Below are positions 1-13,520 of a stretch of DNA of 64,000 nt, in pieces (the first letter of the stretch is position 1; the number at the start of each line of letters is the position of its first letter). A program made the translations under genes and the position numbers. The DNA comes from Tubiluchus corallicola (Eukaryota > Animalia > Priapulida): positions 992,001 to 1,056,000 of the forward strand of contig JAQGDQ010000001.1 in the NCBI GenBank assembly GCA_030141605.1, read 5' to 3'. Below the pieces are notes generated by a model. It was not told where the DNA came from and did no database searches. It saw only the letters and a list, made by a program, of their open reading frames with translations.

Positions 1-1092
1 GCTCCTTGTGTCATATTTATTGATGAAATAGATTCTGTTGGAGCAAAAAGAACAAGCTCAGTTTTACATCCTTACGCTAACCAAACTATTAATCAGTTGT
101 TAGCTGAAATGGATGGATTTCGACAGAATGAGGGAGTAATAGTGCTAGGTGCAACAAACCGCAGGGAAGATCTAGACAAAGCTTTGCTTAGGCCTGGACG
201 CTTTGATGTAGAAGTTCAAGTACCTGTGCCTGACTTGAGGGGTCGCGTTGAAATACTTGAATTATATTTGGGAAAAATTAAGCGAGCAGAAGATGTTGAT
301 GTTAATGTTTTAGCCAGAGGCACTACTGGATTCACAGGAGCTGATTTAGAAAATTTAGTTAACCAGGCAGCCCTAAGAGCAGCTATTGATGGTCTGCCAT
401 CTGTACCCATGGATTATATGGAAAATGCTAGAGATAAGGTATTGATGGGGCCTGAAAAGAAAAGCAGAATACCTGATGATGATGCAAATAAAATCACAGC
501 TTACCATGAAGGTGGGCATACTGTCGTAGCTTACTTCACAAAGGACAGCCATCCTTTACATAAAGTTACAATAATTCCTCGAGGTTTTGCTTTAGGGCAT
601 ACAGCGTATATTCCTGAAAAAGAAAGTTACCACACTAAAAAGAGCCAGATGCTGGCGATGTTGGATATACTTATGGGCGGTCGGGTTGCAGAAGAACTTA
701 TTTTTGGTTCAGAGAATATTACGTCAGGTGCATCTGATGACTTGAAAAAGGCCACCCAGCTAGCAACACTTATGGTGAAAGAATGGGGCATGTCAGAAAA
801 AGTTGGTGTAAGAACATTTGAAGAGAACAAAAACCAGCTAGTTACGAGTGGTCCTGAGGTTGGGCATGTAACACAGGAACTCATTGATGCTGAAATCAAG
901 AGGTTCTTAAATGAATCTTATGAAAGAGCAAAGAATATATTACGAATGCGCCACAAAGAACATCATAATTTAGCAAATGCCTTATTAATGTATGAAACTC
1001 TAGATGCTGACGAGATCAAATTAATCATGGAAGGCAAGCCTGTGCCACCTAGGAGAATTCGAACTCTAAATAAAAACTTATTGCCATTCTAA
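1..1092 (+). CDS. YME1L1: YME1L1/FtsH-family mitochondrial i-AAA metalloprotease, 3' part (5' end lies outside the window)
   Basis: Frame +1 is open from base 1: APCVIFIDEIDSVGAKR (Walker B), YANQTINQLLAEMDGF, TNRREDLDKALLRPGRFD (second region of homology), HEGGH zinc site and GASDD of the M41 peptidase domain; stop TAA at 1090-1092. No intron in 1.09 kb. Confidence 0.95.
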   Translation, partial: APCVIFIDEIDSVGAKRTSSVLHPYANQTINQLLAEMDGFRQNEGVIVLGATNRREDLDKALLRPGRFDVEVQVPVPDLRGRVEILELYLGKIKRAEDVDVNVLARGTTGFTGADLENLVNQAALRAAIDGLPSVPMDYMENARDKVLMGPEKKSRIPDDDANKITAYHEGGHTVVAYFTKDSHPLHKVTIIPRGFALGHTAYIPEKESYHTKKSQMLAMLDILMGGRVAEELIFGSENITSGASDDLKKATQLATLMVKEWGMSEKVGVRTFEENKNQLVTSGPEVGHVTQELIDAEIKRFLNESYERAKNILRMRHKEHHNLANALLMYETLDADEIKLIMEGKPVPPRRIRTLNKNLLPF

Positions 1093-1224
1093 TTAATTGC
1101 GTGTAATTAATTAACACATGTAATTACATTTTATGAATGCTTCACTTGATTTAGTACCTTCTATTGATATCAGTATCTTCTCTTGACATTACATTTATGT
1201 TATAGATGGATTGAATTTTTGATG

Positions 1225-1230
1225 AATAAA
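1225..1230 (+). terminator. Candidate polyadenylation signal for YME1L1
   Basis: AATAAA about 130 nt after the stop codon. The sequence is AT-rich, so chance occurrence is possible. Confidence 0.35.
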
Positions 1231-3068
1231 GATGCAGTTTATCTATTTATACAACTATACAGCAAGTACGATGTATTACTTTCATGCTTTTTTTAGTGTG
1301 GCATGTTATTTAAAATATGTTTTTGTTTGTTTTCAGCATTGCAGCATGGTGTATTGTATTTGGGAGAAAAGTACATCTGCCATATTATTGTACACAAACC
1401 TTTTTCATTAGCTGAAGCAGTTTTATATCTGATATTAAAAGAAAACTGGACCCAGCCTTTAACAATAGCTCAAAACAATCTAGCCTGTAAATTAAATGAA
1501 ATGGAACGTATTAAGTAAACTTGTGTGAAAGAATTATTACTGCGGAAACCTAATTTCTTGTGTGCGTGGCTAGTTCTTTGCTGTTATATGCATATTGCTA
1601 TTTGCTATTGGCACTAGCACCTGCCTCAGAAGCAGGGGTGATGTAGTTGCATCAGTTGCGATATACTGCACAATTTAAAAGCTCATGCTTGAGTAAACAT
1701 GAAATTTAAATTTTTAAACTTAGAATTTGCCAAGATTTTGTGCATCACACTGAATGATGTATTTTTGCAAACATGTACAACATGCTCATGAAATTATGTT
1801 CATTTGTAATGTCATCTCTAGTTGGGTTCGCCAGCTGTTAATTATGTTTTTAATCTGTTATTTATTTATTGGAAACACTAGGGTATTATTATAGGTGTTT
1901 AAATTTTTCGCTGTACTTCACGGTGGCATAAGATATGAAAATCCTGTTTCACTTTAACTGCTTGCAGGAGTTACTCTTGCACAAGTAAACAAACAAACAT
2001 TACAGGGGCAGGTACTGAAAGGAATTCTATTAAAGTAGTTAAAATGAAATACCTATGTTTTTTGTAGACCGAGCTATTCCTATCATGATTACTGTGGCGA
2101 GCAAAAAGGAAAAGAAATTAAAAAAACAAGAAAATAAATTCTGTATTAAAACCCATTTTCTTTAAAAACCAATCTCTGATTTTCCGTCAGAACTGTAAGC
2201 GTTTACATTACACATGAACTGCATACGCTTACCTTAGACAAACTAAAAATCGATTTTTGACGAATAAATTGGAAAAAAAAACATTCAGGAACTAAAGCGT
2301 TTGCACTGTAACTAAGTAGAGTATCATTTGGGTGAGCTCGGCTAATGCTGAAATTTTCAACTCTCCAGACACAACACTCTGGTACAATTTAACCTCGAGT
2401 CAACTGTATTTTTAAAGAGGAATTCATGTTAAAAGATGAAACGCCCTTAATTTGTCCTTGGCTGATCGGTTGGTTTTTCCTGGAATAGCAGCTGCACAGC
2501 TTGAGCTTGGACTGTAGCAAGCAGGCGATCAATAAAATAGTGTGTGCGATCACGCACGTATACACCAGACTAAGCTACTCAATAGGCTAAGTTGGTGTGC
2601 CAGAAAATTGCCTGTTTTTATTACTGTTATCTAATTAAATCACTTATAAACACAGCATGATTGAATAGCTGAGATTCTCCTGAATAGAACAGCACGTAAT
2701 TTGTATTCTTTTGCCTAAGCCTAGAACATAGGCTAAAACATTTAGCTCTGACATTGCTTTCCCACCATACAGTGACAACTGCTGCCAGGTGGCACTTCCA
2801 TTAGAGAGAACTTTTAAAAGAAAAAATATATATAAATTGTAGCGAGAAGACGTGATATAAAATGATTAACAGGGTTTAACAAGAGAGGTAATCATGGGCA
2901 AAAAGCTTACGTACAGGGTTCGTCCTGTCAATCTACAGTAATTAAAACATTTGAAACATCATGGAATTAGCACAATTTACAGCTGCACAATTTCCAAACA
3001 AATTATTAGTGCTTTATTGCAGAACAAAATCAATTGATATGCATAATCCCTGTGAGACCGCTTTTTAT

Positions 3069-3280
3069 TAGTGATTCAAAAATTTGTTAGAAATCATTAA
3101 AATTGAATTCAAATAATAAATGGCTGATTCACTTTCATTCGAGTTCGAGTGTCACAAATTCGATTCGAACTGGAGATGAGCATTCGTTACCAAAAGGCGA
3201 GTTCAAATCAGATTGAATATGTGACTCAAACTCGAATCAACCGAATTTCGAATCTGAATCGAACAACTCGGTGCACCTAG
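3069..3280. mobile_element. Degenerate MITE-like element rich in TTCGA/ATTCGAAT subterminal repeats
   Basis: Cluster of gattcgaa/ttcgaatc motifs ending in gtgcaccta; a related cluster lies at about 24376-24470. Confidence 0.45.
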
Positions 3281-4732
3281 GTCATGGTGAGGAATGGGCA
3301 AAGCTTAGCTGTTGCCATATCCAAGATTTCCCATACTGATTAAATTTTAGTCTAAAAAAATTGTTGCTTAATATCGTATTCAGTTGTTTGTTTTTTGTGA
3401 TTCAGAACGAGATTGTAACACGGAGAATTGCTACACCACAACTGAACCAAGTCTCAAAGTTTTTTGTTTCAAGTCTTGAGTCAAGTCCAAAAAGAACGTG
3501 TACAAGAACATGCTTTTTACTTTTTATCCTCTCCTATTGCCGTGCATTGGCATTAATATTGGTATTATTACTATGGATTTCATTTTCTTAACATTTACTA
3601 GTGTTTAGGGAAATGTGTAAAATTTGCTAACGTTTTTCTTGTCTTTGGAGTACTATAATAATACCAGGTCGCCTCTTTCTGACTTATTATTAATATACTG
3701 GCATGATGGGTTTAGCAAACAGTCAACACAGCCATAAAAACTATATTTTTCTACAACATAATCGTCAATTAAAGATTAAGTTTAATTGCCAGTAATACTT
3801 TAATTAATTCTTTTCCAGTAATGTCAATAAGATCGTTATCTTAAATTTCAAAATACTAATTGTATCTAACTTAGTATAATTATGTATCTGAACCCAGAGC
3901 TTCTGCAATGATAGTCGATCTCTCACTTAGTCAGGAATTTAGATGCACTACAACTTAGTTATTTCTCAAGATCCTGGGCAGTTACCAATGGCCATTCAAC
4001 CACTTCCAGCTATTTTTCAAACCTACATTGATCAGAAAGAGTCACAAGTTCCAAATGCTATTTTTAGTCAACCAATATTACATGCCTATGAGGATTCCCT
4101 AAGAATCACCAGAATCCATCGTGCACTTAGGCAACAAGCTCTAATGCTGTCCTGCTCAATGTCTGAGGCTGTCTCTAGCTGGTGTGGTAGGCGTGATGAT
4201 GACAAGGCAATAGATTGTGACTCTCTATAATGTTGCCATTTTGTATACATGTGTAAATGGCATGCTGGTACAACCATAATTATTCGCAGCTTATTGGCAT
4301 GCCACTTGTGTTCTGGCAAAAATTTTAACGAAGCCCAGTAATATAAAAATAGCAAGGCTGATTTTTGTTGAAGTGCAACCAAAAACTGCTTCTTAATTAG
4401 CTCAACTGCTTGAGGCTATTTTGCCTACAATACATTTAAGAACTGAGTATCTTTCAGATTGCATATCACCTGCATTTACCAAATAGACGAAGCGAAAAAA
4501 TATTGTAGCAAAGGAACATTTTACGTCAATTGTGATTCTGCAGCTGGAGGAAGAACTCTCACATAATGACACAGAAGATGTTTTAGAAAACCATTTTTCT
4601 CGTCTCTTAAAGAGCTTAGATAAAGAAGTTAATCTTGGCTTAGCTAAGTAAGATCTCTGAGGGTGATAATTCTGGTGCAGGTAAGCTAGCATTCTCCAAA
4701 ATGTAAAATTGCACCTGCGAATAAAACTTTAA

Positions 4733-6762
4733 AGGGGAATGGAAGCACTTTCTAGCCTAAAAAATTCTATTGCAGGATTGTTTAAAATCGCTTACCTTTT
4801 AACAGAGCCAAAGCTTTGTTTTATCTAGAGAAGCGGAATTTTAAATTAGTTAATTTTTGCTTTAAAAGTGGTTTGCTTCTTGCCATTTTGATTTTCCACT
4901 AGCATGACATCACTGGAGTGAGACACGCACAGCCAGCTTAGTAACTATGTTACCTATGAATAGCATATAGATAATGCAATTATAAACGTACAGACTTACA
5001 CTAGCTGTTCCTCATATTTTTTAGTTTTATGATGAACTTTTGTTTACTATTTTTAAATGAGACGCTACTGCTATGCAATTATCTGTTTGTCCACATGTGC
5101 ATGGAATTTTTCAGGAACAAAATTTGGAATGACGTGTTGCCCAAATCTTCAAGTGCACTTCACTAAGAATGAAATTAAGATGTCTCAAAATTAATTAATT
5201 TTTCTATGCCCCATGCACATGTACCCACGGTTCAGCAGTAACACTTGAATGCTCATGCTGTTATAGACTGCACTTGTAGTATATCAAAATGTAGTAAAAT
5301 AAAAATTAGTATATCAGAATTATGACTTCTAATTGCAATTATGTTTTGCGTGATCTCACAAAAAGAGATTGTATGGTTAAATCACTTATTCTGAGTTGAA
5401 GTTTGAATAACTATAATAACCTGTCAAATGCTGCTTTGCAAGGCTACAACATTACCAGGCCTATTAAAGTAATATCTTATGTTATATCGAATAACTACAG
5501 TTTAAATTAAACATTCTAAAAAGCACTGAGATCGGTGAGATATTTTATAGAATGATTGTTTTCAAGTCATTAACTGATTAGTTTGCCCCATTAGTTTGTT
5601 CCTATTTAACTGTGCAACATGCATAGACCTATTGTTTAAGGATTTTAGGTGCTTGAAGATGGAGAAAACCTGAATCTGTGTTTTTTGGTATGAGTGTACG
5701 TATTTCGATGTATGTGTCAAAAATCTTCAAAAATTGTGTTATCTAATTATCTGACAACCCTAGCTGTTGATAACAAAAATAGCAACTTATGAAAAATATT
5801 TCAGTAAAATGTATAATTAAATTTAATTTGTAATTAAATAATTACCGAGTGTAATTAGCAATCATTGAAGTGGAGCTGCAGAGGTAAACCCAGTTTTCCA
5901 ATTTTTGCATCTTTTTCGTTTTATTTTTCACTCAATAAGTACATGCAGCCATTGGCAATGCCTATCATTACGGAATATGTAGAAAGTTTTCTTACTTTTA
6001 ACATTGGTGTTACAGCATGCAGCCAGTTATAATTTTTTGTTTACTCTGACCAGAACTTTTGGCCATGATTATAATAATAAATGATATTAAAATTAACCAT
6101 AACTCATTTTTTCAAATGAGCAAGTGTACAATTTGGCTCCTTTCACAAGCTACTCACATAACCGCTTCTTACCTATTCACTTGTTCGTCCCAATGGAAGT
6201 GCAAAAATTTTTTAGACTTTCCAATTTAGTTTATCTAGTAATGGTAGCACTGGTTTAATATTGGTTTCTATTATTTTCTAGTATTTAGTAATTAGTAGGC
6301 TATAGTGCTTTTATATCTTTTATATAGCTTTATAGCTTTTATATGCTTTATATATAGTGCTTATAGTAATCTTATTACATCAATTCAAAGCTTACTGACT
6401 GATATGTGCAGAAATTGTGTAGGGTTTTAATGGATTTCTCACACGATTAACCCTTGGCCCTGCAACTATATGTGGCCCAGGTATAAAGAGTAGAAGAGTA
6501 TAACGAGTCGTTCTAATTGTTGATAACATACATAATTATAGCATCGTTTTAGCAATTCCAATCTGTTTTATTGGTTGCCCACCAAACTCTGGTGACGTCA
6601 CAGTCACACTTTAAAATCAAAGTGGTGAAAAGCATGTGTTTCCCGACGAGAAATGTAGAAGTTCAGTCACTTCTTGCACCCTAAGGAAGCCATAAATTCA
6701 ATGAAAAAGTATATACTTTTTACTTTTACTACACTTACTTTGCAGAATGCTACAATTCCCTT
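4733..6762. mobile_element. TTAA-flanked non-autonomous DNA transposon (Kolobok-like), copy 1
   Basis: TTAA|AGGGGAATGGAAGCA ... TGCTACAATTCCCTT|TTAA (imperfect TIR). The first ~100 bp (aaaatcgcttacct..ccaaagctttgtttt) match the copy starting at 59482. Confidence 0.55.
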
Positions 6763-8321
6763 TTAAATATTCTTAAAGCAAAACATCATGCATGTATGTT
6801 GTTGTCTCATGAGAATAATTTAGATAATGAGAATTTAGTACAACTTTTGCAATTTAATTCTTTACAGATTGGGAAGCTATTGCTTCTTTTCATTGCGGAC
6901 CTGCATATTACGCCCTGACGGTCTTCGTCCGTAACAGCTGAAAGATACAATTGCACCTACTTTTGTAGCTTTTAATCATGTTTTAGAGGCTTTAGTCCTC
7001 TTTGCAAATAAACTTTTAATTGGTAGCGTAGACCCATCTATTATGTCTTACTTTTTGGATTTAAGTAGCTTTGAGAAATCTATAGCTGTTCGGCTTACCT
7101 TGTGTGGTTTAGTTGTTAAAGCTGCAAGCCAGGCATTAAACTCAGAAATTGCTGGGCTTCTTGCAGGCTGGTTGTGGGGTACAGTTTGCAGTGGAGAAGT
7201 TGCAATTCATGCTGAATAGTGATTCTTGTATGAGTTCTATGACAAAATAATACTTAAACAGGATTTTGCAACGGTTTCAGTTTTTTGAATAGGCAAAATG
7301 TGTTGCATTTTGTTAGAAAATGCATTATAAGTTTTTATAAGTTATAAGTATTATTATCGGTACAAGTTTATTAGATTCACGTAATTGCGTACATTTGAAC
7401 AACAATGATAATGCATAATCAAATCAGAACTTTAAAAAGCAAGTATGTAAGTGTAAGAAGTAAATATACTTGTGTAAAGTATCCCAGGTCCTTGGAGAAA
7501 GGAAGAAAGAGTATGAAAAAACATTGAAAGTATAGGCAAGGAAATAGATAAGAGACAGAAAGAGAGACACAGGCTTAAAAAGTATTGTGATGGAAGATAT
7601 CAGTTTAAATTGTGCATTAAAGAAAGTACTCAGAGAAAGTGCAAATTTTACGACCGTTCAATTTTACAAATGCTACAACAAATAGAGCAGTCACAATTAA
7701 TGTTAATTTTCAAAAAACCTAGAATATTGTTTGAATTTTCTTTTGAAGGTAAAAATTGTTGTTGAAAGTTTTATGTATTATTTGTTAAATTATTCCATAA
7801 TCTTGGTCCAGCGTGGTACGTCTGTCCTACAAGAATTGATTCTGAATTCATTTGATTTTGTTACGTAGAGCTTTATGTTTAAAGATACAGGATTCATAAA
7901 AAAAGGCAGGAAATACATTTTTTGTTTTGTACATATAAATTACAGTGTTTAGTCTTATTAAATCATCAAGTGCTATAACAGAATAAATTGAGATTATTGA
8001 CTAATCTAATAAATCTTCTATGTAAGACATTAATACTAAACAAAGTAGTAGGGTAAGTGTGTAACCAAAATATATTACAATAAATTAGATATAGTACACT
8101 AGTGTTAAACTGTTGTAAAGTGTAATTAAGTGAGTTTTAATGAAATAATTTTTCACATGGCAAATAATTCCCAAGCTTTTAGCAATTTTTTTACCAGAAT
8201 TGTACCCCTTGCTCAACTTCATTATGAATTCGACCTTCCATTCTTTTTTATATAGATTATGTGATGAGAAATGTGTTCTTAAATAGCATCTTTGTTTTTT
8301 AGGTATTATTTTAAACTGATT

Positions 8322-9584
8322 ATGGCTCACTGGTTTCACAGAAATCCATTTAAAGCCACAGGGCCTGTGAGCTTTGATCTAAAAGGCATTGCAAGCAACA
8401 GGACATCACAAAAAATTTGCTCTGACTTAAGAACAGCCAGAACCTATTTGCTTGATGTTATAACAGATCCTAATCAAGATGTAAGTATTATGGACTCTGC
8501 AAGTAATGGTTACTTGTCACTGTTACATGGCTTCATAAACACAGTTGATGGATCCGAAGGTGAAAGTAAGCTTCGTTATGCCATCAAATTCAAGTGGACA
8601 AATTCATTACTCGGAAATAGTGCGTTAGTCCAGCAAGATTCAATTTATGAGCTGTGTTGTATGTTGATCAATATTGCATTGTGGTATACTAAACATGCCA
8701 GTTTAATAGCTGGGAAAGACGACATTTCAATGGAAGAGGCAAAAGATGTTCACAAGTGCTTAAAGAAGGCAGCTGGTGTATTTCAACAGGTGAAAAATGA
8801 AAAAGCACTGCTATTGGAGAAAAAATTTGATAGCGGTGTTGACCTCGATGATCGTGTTTTGTCAGCGTACATACAGCAGTCTACTGCTGAAGCACAAGAA
8901 GTGACTGTAGCTCGTGCAATAGAATTGAAGCATGCTGCATCTCTTATATCTGCCTTAGCTAATGAGACTGCCAAACTGTTTCAATCAGCATTAATATCAC
9001 TGCAGTCCATAGATCATCCAAATTTTGGGAAATGGAAGAAATATTTGGAAGTCAAGTATTTTATCTATCTCGCTTATGCTTACACTTACATGGGTGAGAG
9101 TTTGTTGGCTCAGGATGTTGGTGGTAAAGCAGTTCGCTCACTAAAAGAGGCTCACATTTGCTTTGAAAAAGCTGAGGCACTTTGCAAAGAGTATAGTTCT
9201 GCCAAGGGTCCTGGACTTTCGGCGAAGCCTGAAAAGCATATGTTTTTTCGCAAACTAGGACCACTTGTCAGGCGAGTACTAGAGAAAGCTGAAAGGGAAA
9301 ATGGCTTTATATACCATGAGAAAGTTCCAGAACTTGCCCCAGAGTTAGAATTGAAAGCTACTTATGGGTTAGTTAAACCAGAAGAATTTTCACTTCCCAG
9401 TATGCATGCACAGTGGACAGCTGATGTGTATAACTCTTTCGACTTGTCACAAGCCATGATGACAGACATGAAGAAGTTGTCTGGCGGCATGGAACATGAT
9501 GAGAAATTACCCGATGTTAACGAAAAAGAAGGAAATGTTAGTGGGTCTGATCCAAAGAATAGCAGTGGATGCATCTTGTCATAA
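8322..9584 (+). CDS. BROX: BRO1 domain- and CAAX motif-containing protein (BROX), single coding exon, 420 aa
   Basis: Starts MAHWFHRNPFKAT (BROX N-terminus); contains AEAQEVTVARAIELKH and ERENGFIYHEKVP; ends in the CAAX box CILS. A splice acceptor tttgttttttag ends at 8302, just upstream of the ATG at 8322, implying an intron in the 5'UTR only. Confidence 0.95.
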   Translation: MAHWFHRNPFKATGPVSFDLKGIASNRTSQKICSDLRTARTYLLDVITDPNQDVSIMDSASNGYLSLLHGFINTVDGSEGESKLRYAIKFKWTNSLLGNSALVQQDSIYELCCMLINIALWYTKHASLIAGKDDISMEEAKDVHKCLKKAAGVFQQVKNEKALLLEKKFDSGVDLDDRVLSAYIQQSTAEAQEVTVARAIELKHAASLISALANETAKLFQSALISLQSIDHPNFGKWKKYLEVKYFIYLAYAYTYMGESLLAQDVGGKAVRSLKEAHICFEKAEALCKEYSSAKGPGLSAKPEKHMFFRKLGPLVRRVLEKAERENGFIYHEKVPELAPELELKATYGLVKPEEFSLPSMHAQWTADVYNSFDLSQAMMTDMKKLSGGMEHDEKLPDVNEKEGNVSGSDPKNSSGCILS

Positions 9585-10039
9585 TCTACCTGTTAAAATG
9601 TGTTCTCCTTAAGGGAAACATAGTAATTATTACATGATTTTATTTCATTCAACTCATTTTTAATTATTCACATACAGTACTTTGAAATGTGTTTGCTATG
9701 GTATGTATATAATAGTGGTGGGAGTTTTGAATAATTTATTATTTGAATATTCGAGGAAAAATTATTTGAATAGTCAAATATTTGACCCTGGGATGTTTTC
9801 CTTCTACGGTCATTGCAGTAGCTTACATGCAGAAATAGATCAGCAGTTGCTGTATTACTACAAATGTCAACTTTCTTGCACTTATGCTCTTGTCTGGACT
9901 GAGCTGTAGTGTTAGTTACTGCACTATGAGGTTGAAAATGAGCTATACTCAGCCTATACCTGTAAATGATTGAACATGTAGCTTGCTGATTTTTGATAAC
10001 TTAATTTCTTTTTGCAAAATGAACATTCTACAGTGTTTG

Positions 10040-10045
10040 AATAAA
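10040..10045 (+). terminator. Candidate polyadenylation signal for BROX
   Basis: AATAAA about 450 nt after the stop codon, followed by T-rich sequence. Confidence 0.4.
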
Positions 10046-10544
10046 CTTTTTTCAAAATGTTGCCATATCAAGCTCTTTGATGCCATAACGATAACTAAAT
10101 ATGAGTAGACAATCACATTCTTGATCTTTGAATGAATTACCTAGGTAGTGAGTGGAATGTTGGAATGTTTGTTTTTCTGCCATATGTCAGTAAAAAATGG
10201 CAGATTGAGTGCCAAAGTTTTGTGAGTCAGTACAGTGTACATAGCATAATCAATTAGTAAAAAACATTCGAAACTAAGAATAAACGATTATTCGTGCACA
10301 TCCCTAGTACATATTTTGCAAATATAATTTTTTTAATGTGACTTTAAAAATGCAAAAAATTAAACTCAACCTGAAATATAACATTGAAATCTAGGCATGG
10401 TAATTGAATAGTTATAGTAAGTTGACAGTTTTTTTCAAATTTTTTAATAATTAGTGTTCGTCTTAGTGAACTTGATATATAGTTGAGAATATTGCAACTA
10501 ACTGCAAAATTGTTTTGTTGAAACTTTTATTGAGAGTAGTAATG

Positions 10545-10547
<3 letters not shown>

Positions 10548-10588
<41 letters not shown>
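10548..10588. repeat. (TA)n microsatellite
   Basis: Direct reading. Confidence 0.95.
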
Positions 10589-10591
<3 letters not shown>

Positions 10592-13520
10592 AGAATATTT
10601 TTGAATGAACATTGAAAAATATGATAATTATAATTATTATTTAATTTATAGAATTTTTTAGAGTTTATAGATATATATATATATATAAGTTTAAAGTTGG
10701 CTTACAAATGCATTATAAAAAGTCCTTAAGAATTAGGGAGTGTGTTTAAATCAGTCATTCAAACAAGCCATTGATGTATGAATGAAGATAAAGAATGAGC
10801 ACAAAGACAGAATTATAATGTGGATTTTGATGTAGATTTAGAGCAGTGATCAATGTTGTCAATAGGCAGCAATATTCACTTGTGTAATGCCATTGTTTAC
10901 TCATATTGAACTTATTGTTTATCACTGTTATATGCCATGAGTAAGTTAAGAGACCATGGTGTTTCCACTGTTTGACCTTGTGTTTGCTAAAATTGATATA
11001 TATGAATAATATGTGTGTGTTTGATGGCCTCAGAATTTAGAGGCCCAGTGTTAATTTTTTTTATTTATCTCGGAAACAGCGTATACATCTGTTCATATAC
11101 ATATATATTACTTATTTTATAACACATCACAAGCAGTTACTGAGTCCGCTTTTATATAAGTTCGTATAACAAACAAGTACAATTATTACGTAAAAGGTAT
11201 TACACCACAAGCAATGATGTAGCCTGATTACAGATACAGTATAAGCACTGTGCATGTAATTAGCAGTGACACGTAACTCACGGTACCTGATAGGTACTAG
11301 GTATAAGTGCTACTAATACACCACAAATGTTTACAACTCTTTATATAAATAAATCCATATTAGAGACAGGTAGCACTGAATCACAAGCATAGGGTGTTGT
11401 TAAGTCTTGACACACTGTCAGATTTCTTACAGATCACTATTTCATGTAAGTAGCTAGTGTGGTATACGACTTGAATGATTCTCAATTACATAGTTTGCTC
11501 CTTAGCAGATCTTCACTAATTTGAAAGTTCATATAGTTGTTATCTATAGTCAAGTAGAACCTATTGATCTTAATTTAATTAATATTGTAGTATTATAAAA
11601 ATAATATATTTGCATCTAACATCAGTCATTAGTTTTGTATTGTTAGTACACGTATTACAAACTTTATGTGGTAAAATGTTTGAAGTCACTGAACTCTTTC
11701 TCTCGCATTAGTTGAAACCATTTAGGGTTGAATTTTCACAAGTTAATATTTGACAAAGCTGAAGTGCTATACCTGTAGTTGTCATGTGAACTTTTTAATT
11801 TGCACAAGTTGGATAGTTTTAACTTTGCTCTAGCTGACATCCAGAGTGCATGTATCCAATACACGTACAGTACGTGTGGAAAAATGTAGTTAGTGTTGTT
11901 CATTACTTAATAAAATCAAGAAAATAATTTTTGCAGTTTAGGTTTTCTGTCAACTTGTGATCCTTACTAAATAGATAAAGAGAGAAACTAATTAATGTTT
12001 GCAGAGGTGTTAGCTACGTTCTAAAGTTGGGTGAACAAGCATGTAAAAAGGCACTGTGACACATGAAGCAATTATATGTTTGTCTATGTCACAAGAGACA
12101 GTATCAGTTTGTGACCAAAAATATTAATAATAGTTACATTTGGGGCAATTTGGTCCTTGGTTCAATCACTCAACCATGACAAATGAAGTGAATGCATACT
12201 CATTTAAAAACGCAGAAGGCAGGTTGGTCAAATAAAGCAATGAGAAAATTCTTCCAGAACTGATTAAAAAATAAAAAGATTCGACTTTTTTCACACAAGT
12301 GAACTAGAGTTAAAAAATGTTGAAAAGGTGCCAATTTTGAAAAATGTATTCAGGGGAACGGTTGACTCCCCCCCCCCCCACAGCCACTGAACGTGAGCTG
12401 CAATGACACCAGCATTTGCAACATAATTGTTGCTTTTCTAGTACATTGATTAAACAAAAATTAGAATATGTTTTGTTGTAATTACACATTTAATAATTTT
12501 GTAAAAATACACTAATTGATAATACAATATAGTATAAAAGAAATACCTTATGAAAAGTGCCTTTGATAGAAAAAACCTTGCACAAATTTTGACTGAATTA
12601 TTTAAACAGAAAAAAGCAAATGTTATTGCACCCATTTCTCATGTTTATTTCAAAATTTTTTGATTAACAAAATTTATTTAAAAATAATGTTATTCACAAA
12701 AAAAAGAATTGTGTGATTCCAAACCATTTTTTTCATATTTCTGCATTCATATAAGTGATTATGATCCTTAAAGAAGTGATTTAGTTGGTCATCATTTAAC
12801 GTTTAACTGCATAATTTGCCAAATGAATGCATACAGATGATATTTTGAGCAAACAGCTTTCGAAATGATTCTTTGAAGAAATTTACACAAAACACAACCT
12901 TATCAGCAACAAAAGTTTGTGGTATGATTTTAATAACAAATTAATTGATCTTAGACATTATGAACACGATAACTGTCATACAGCAACAGGCATTTTAGAA
13001 GACAGAACAAATACAAGTATGCAGTTCTTCAAGTACAACTCATTGTAACTAAATAAAGGCATATAATGTATGACCGCTGTCTGAATTAATGTTCAAATCA
13101 AACTTGAGTAATCTAGTGCAACTTAACTCATGGGATTGCATTAGATTGCACTAGACTACAGTAGTAAACAAGCTAGGTTTTGTAATACAAGCAGAGCGAA
13201 GTCACATGAAAGTATTAACTCAAGTATCAATACAAGTAACAACTAACATCTTTGTTTTTTAAATTGTATATTCGCATAGAAGAATTTATCAATCATAGGA
13301 CAATATTTTGAATGGGGCTGATGATAAATAATATAATTTTGATACCCAACTAAACATGGTACGAATTGCTATTTCTATTAAAAAACGAAACAGTTCGACA
13401 GGAAATTAAAACATCTGGATAGGACAATCAATGACTGCTGTGACTACGCTTTATCACATATTTCAGTTACATTCGTGGTCATTCATCATACTGCAACTAT
13501 GGTTCATGATTAATCACTTT

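Noticed and set aside
7095-7200. tRNA A-box-like sequence (tggtttagttgttaaagc)
   Set aside because: No B-box or cloverleaf could be formed; at most a decayed SINE head.
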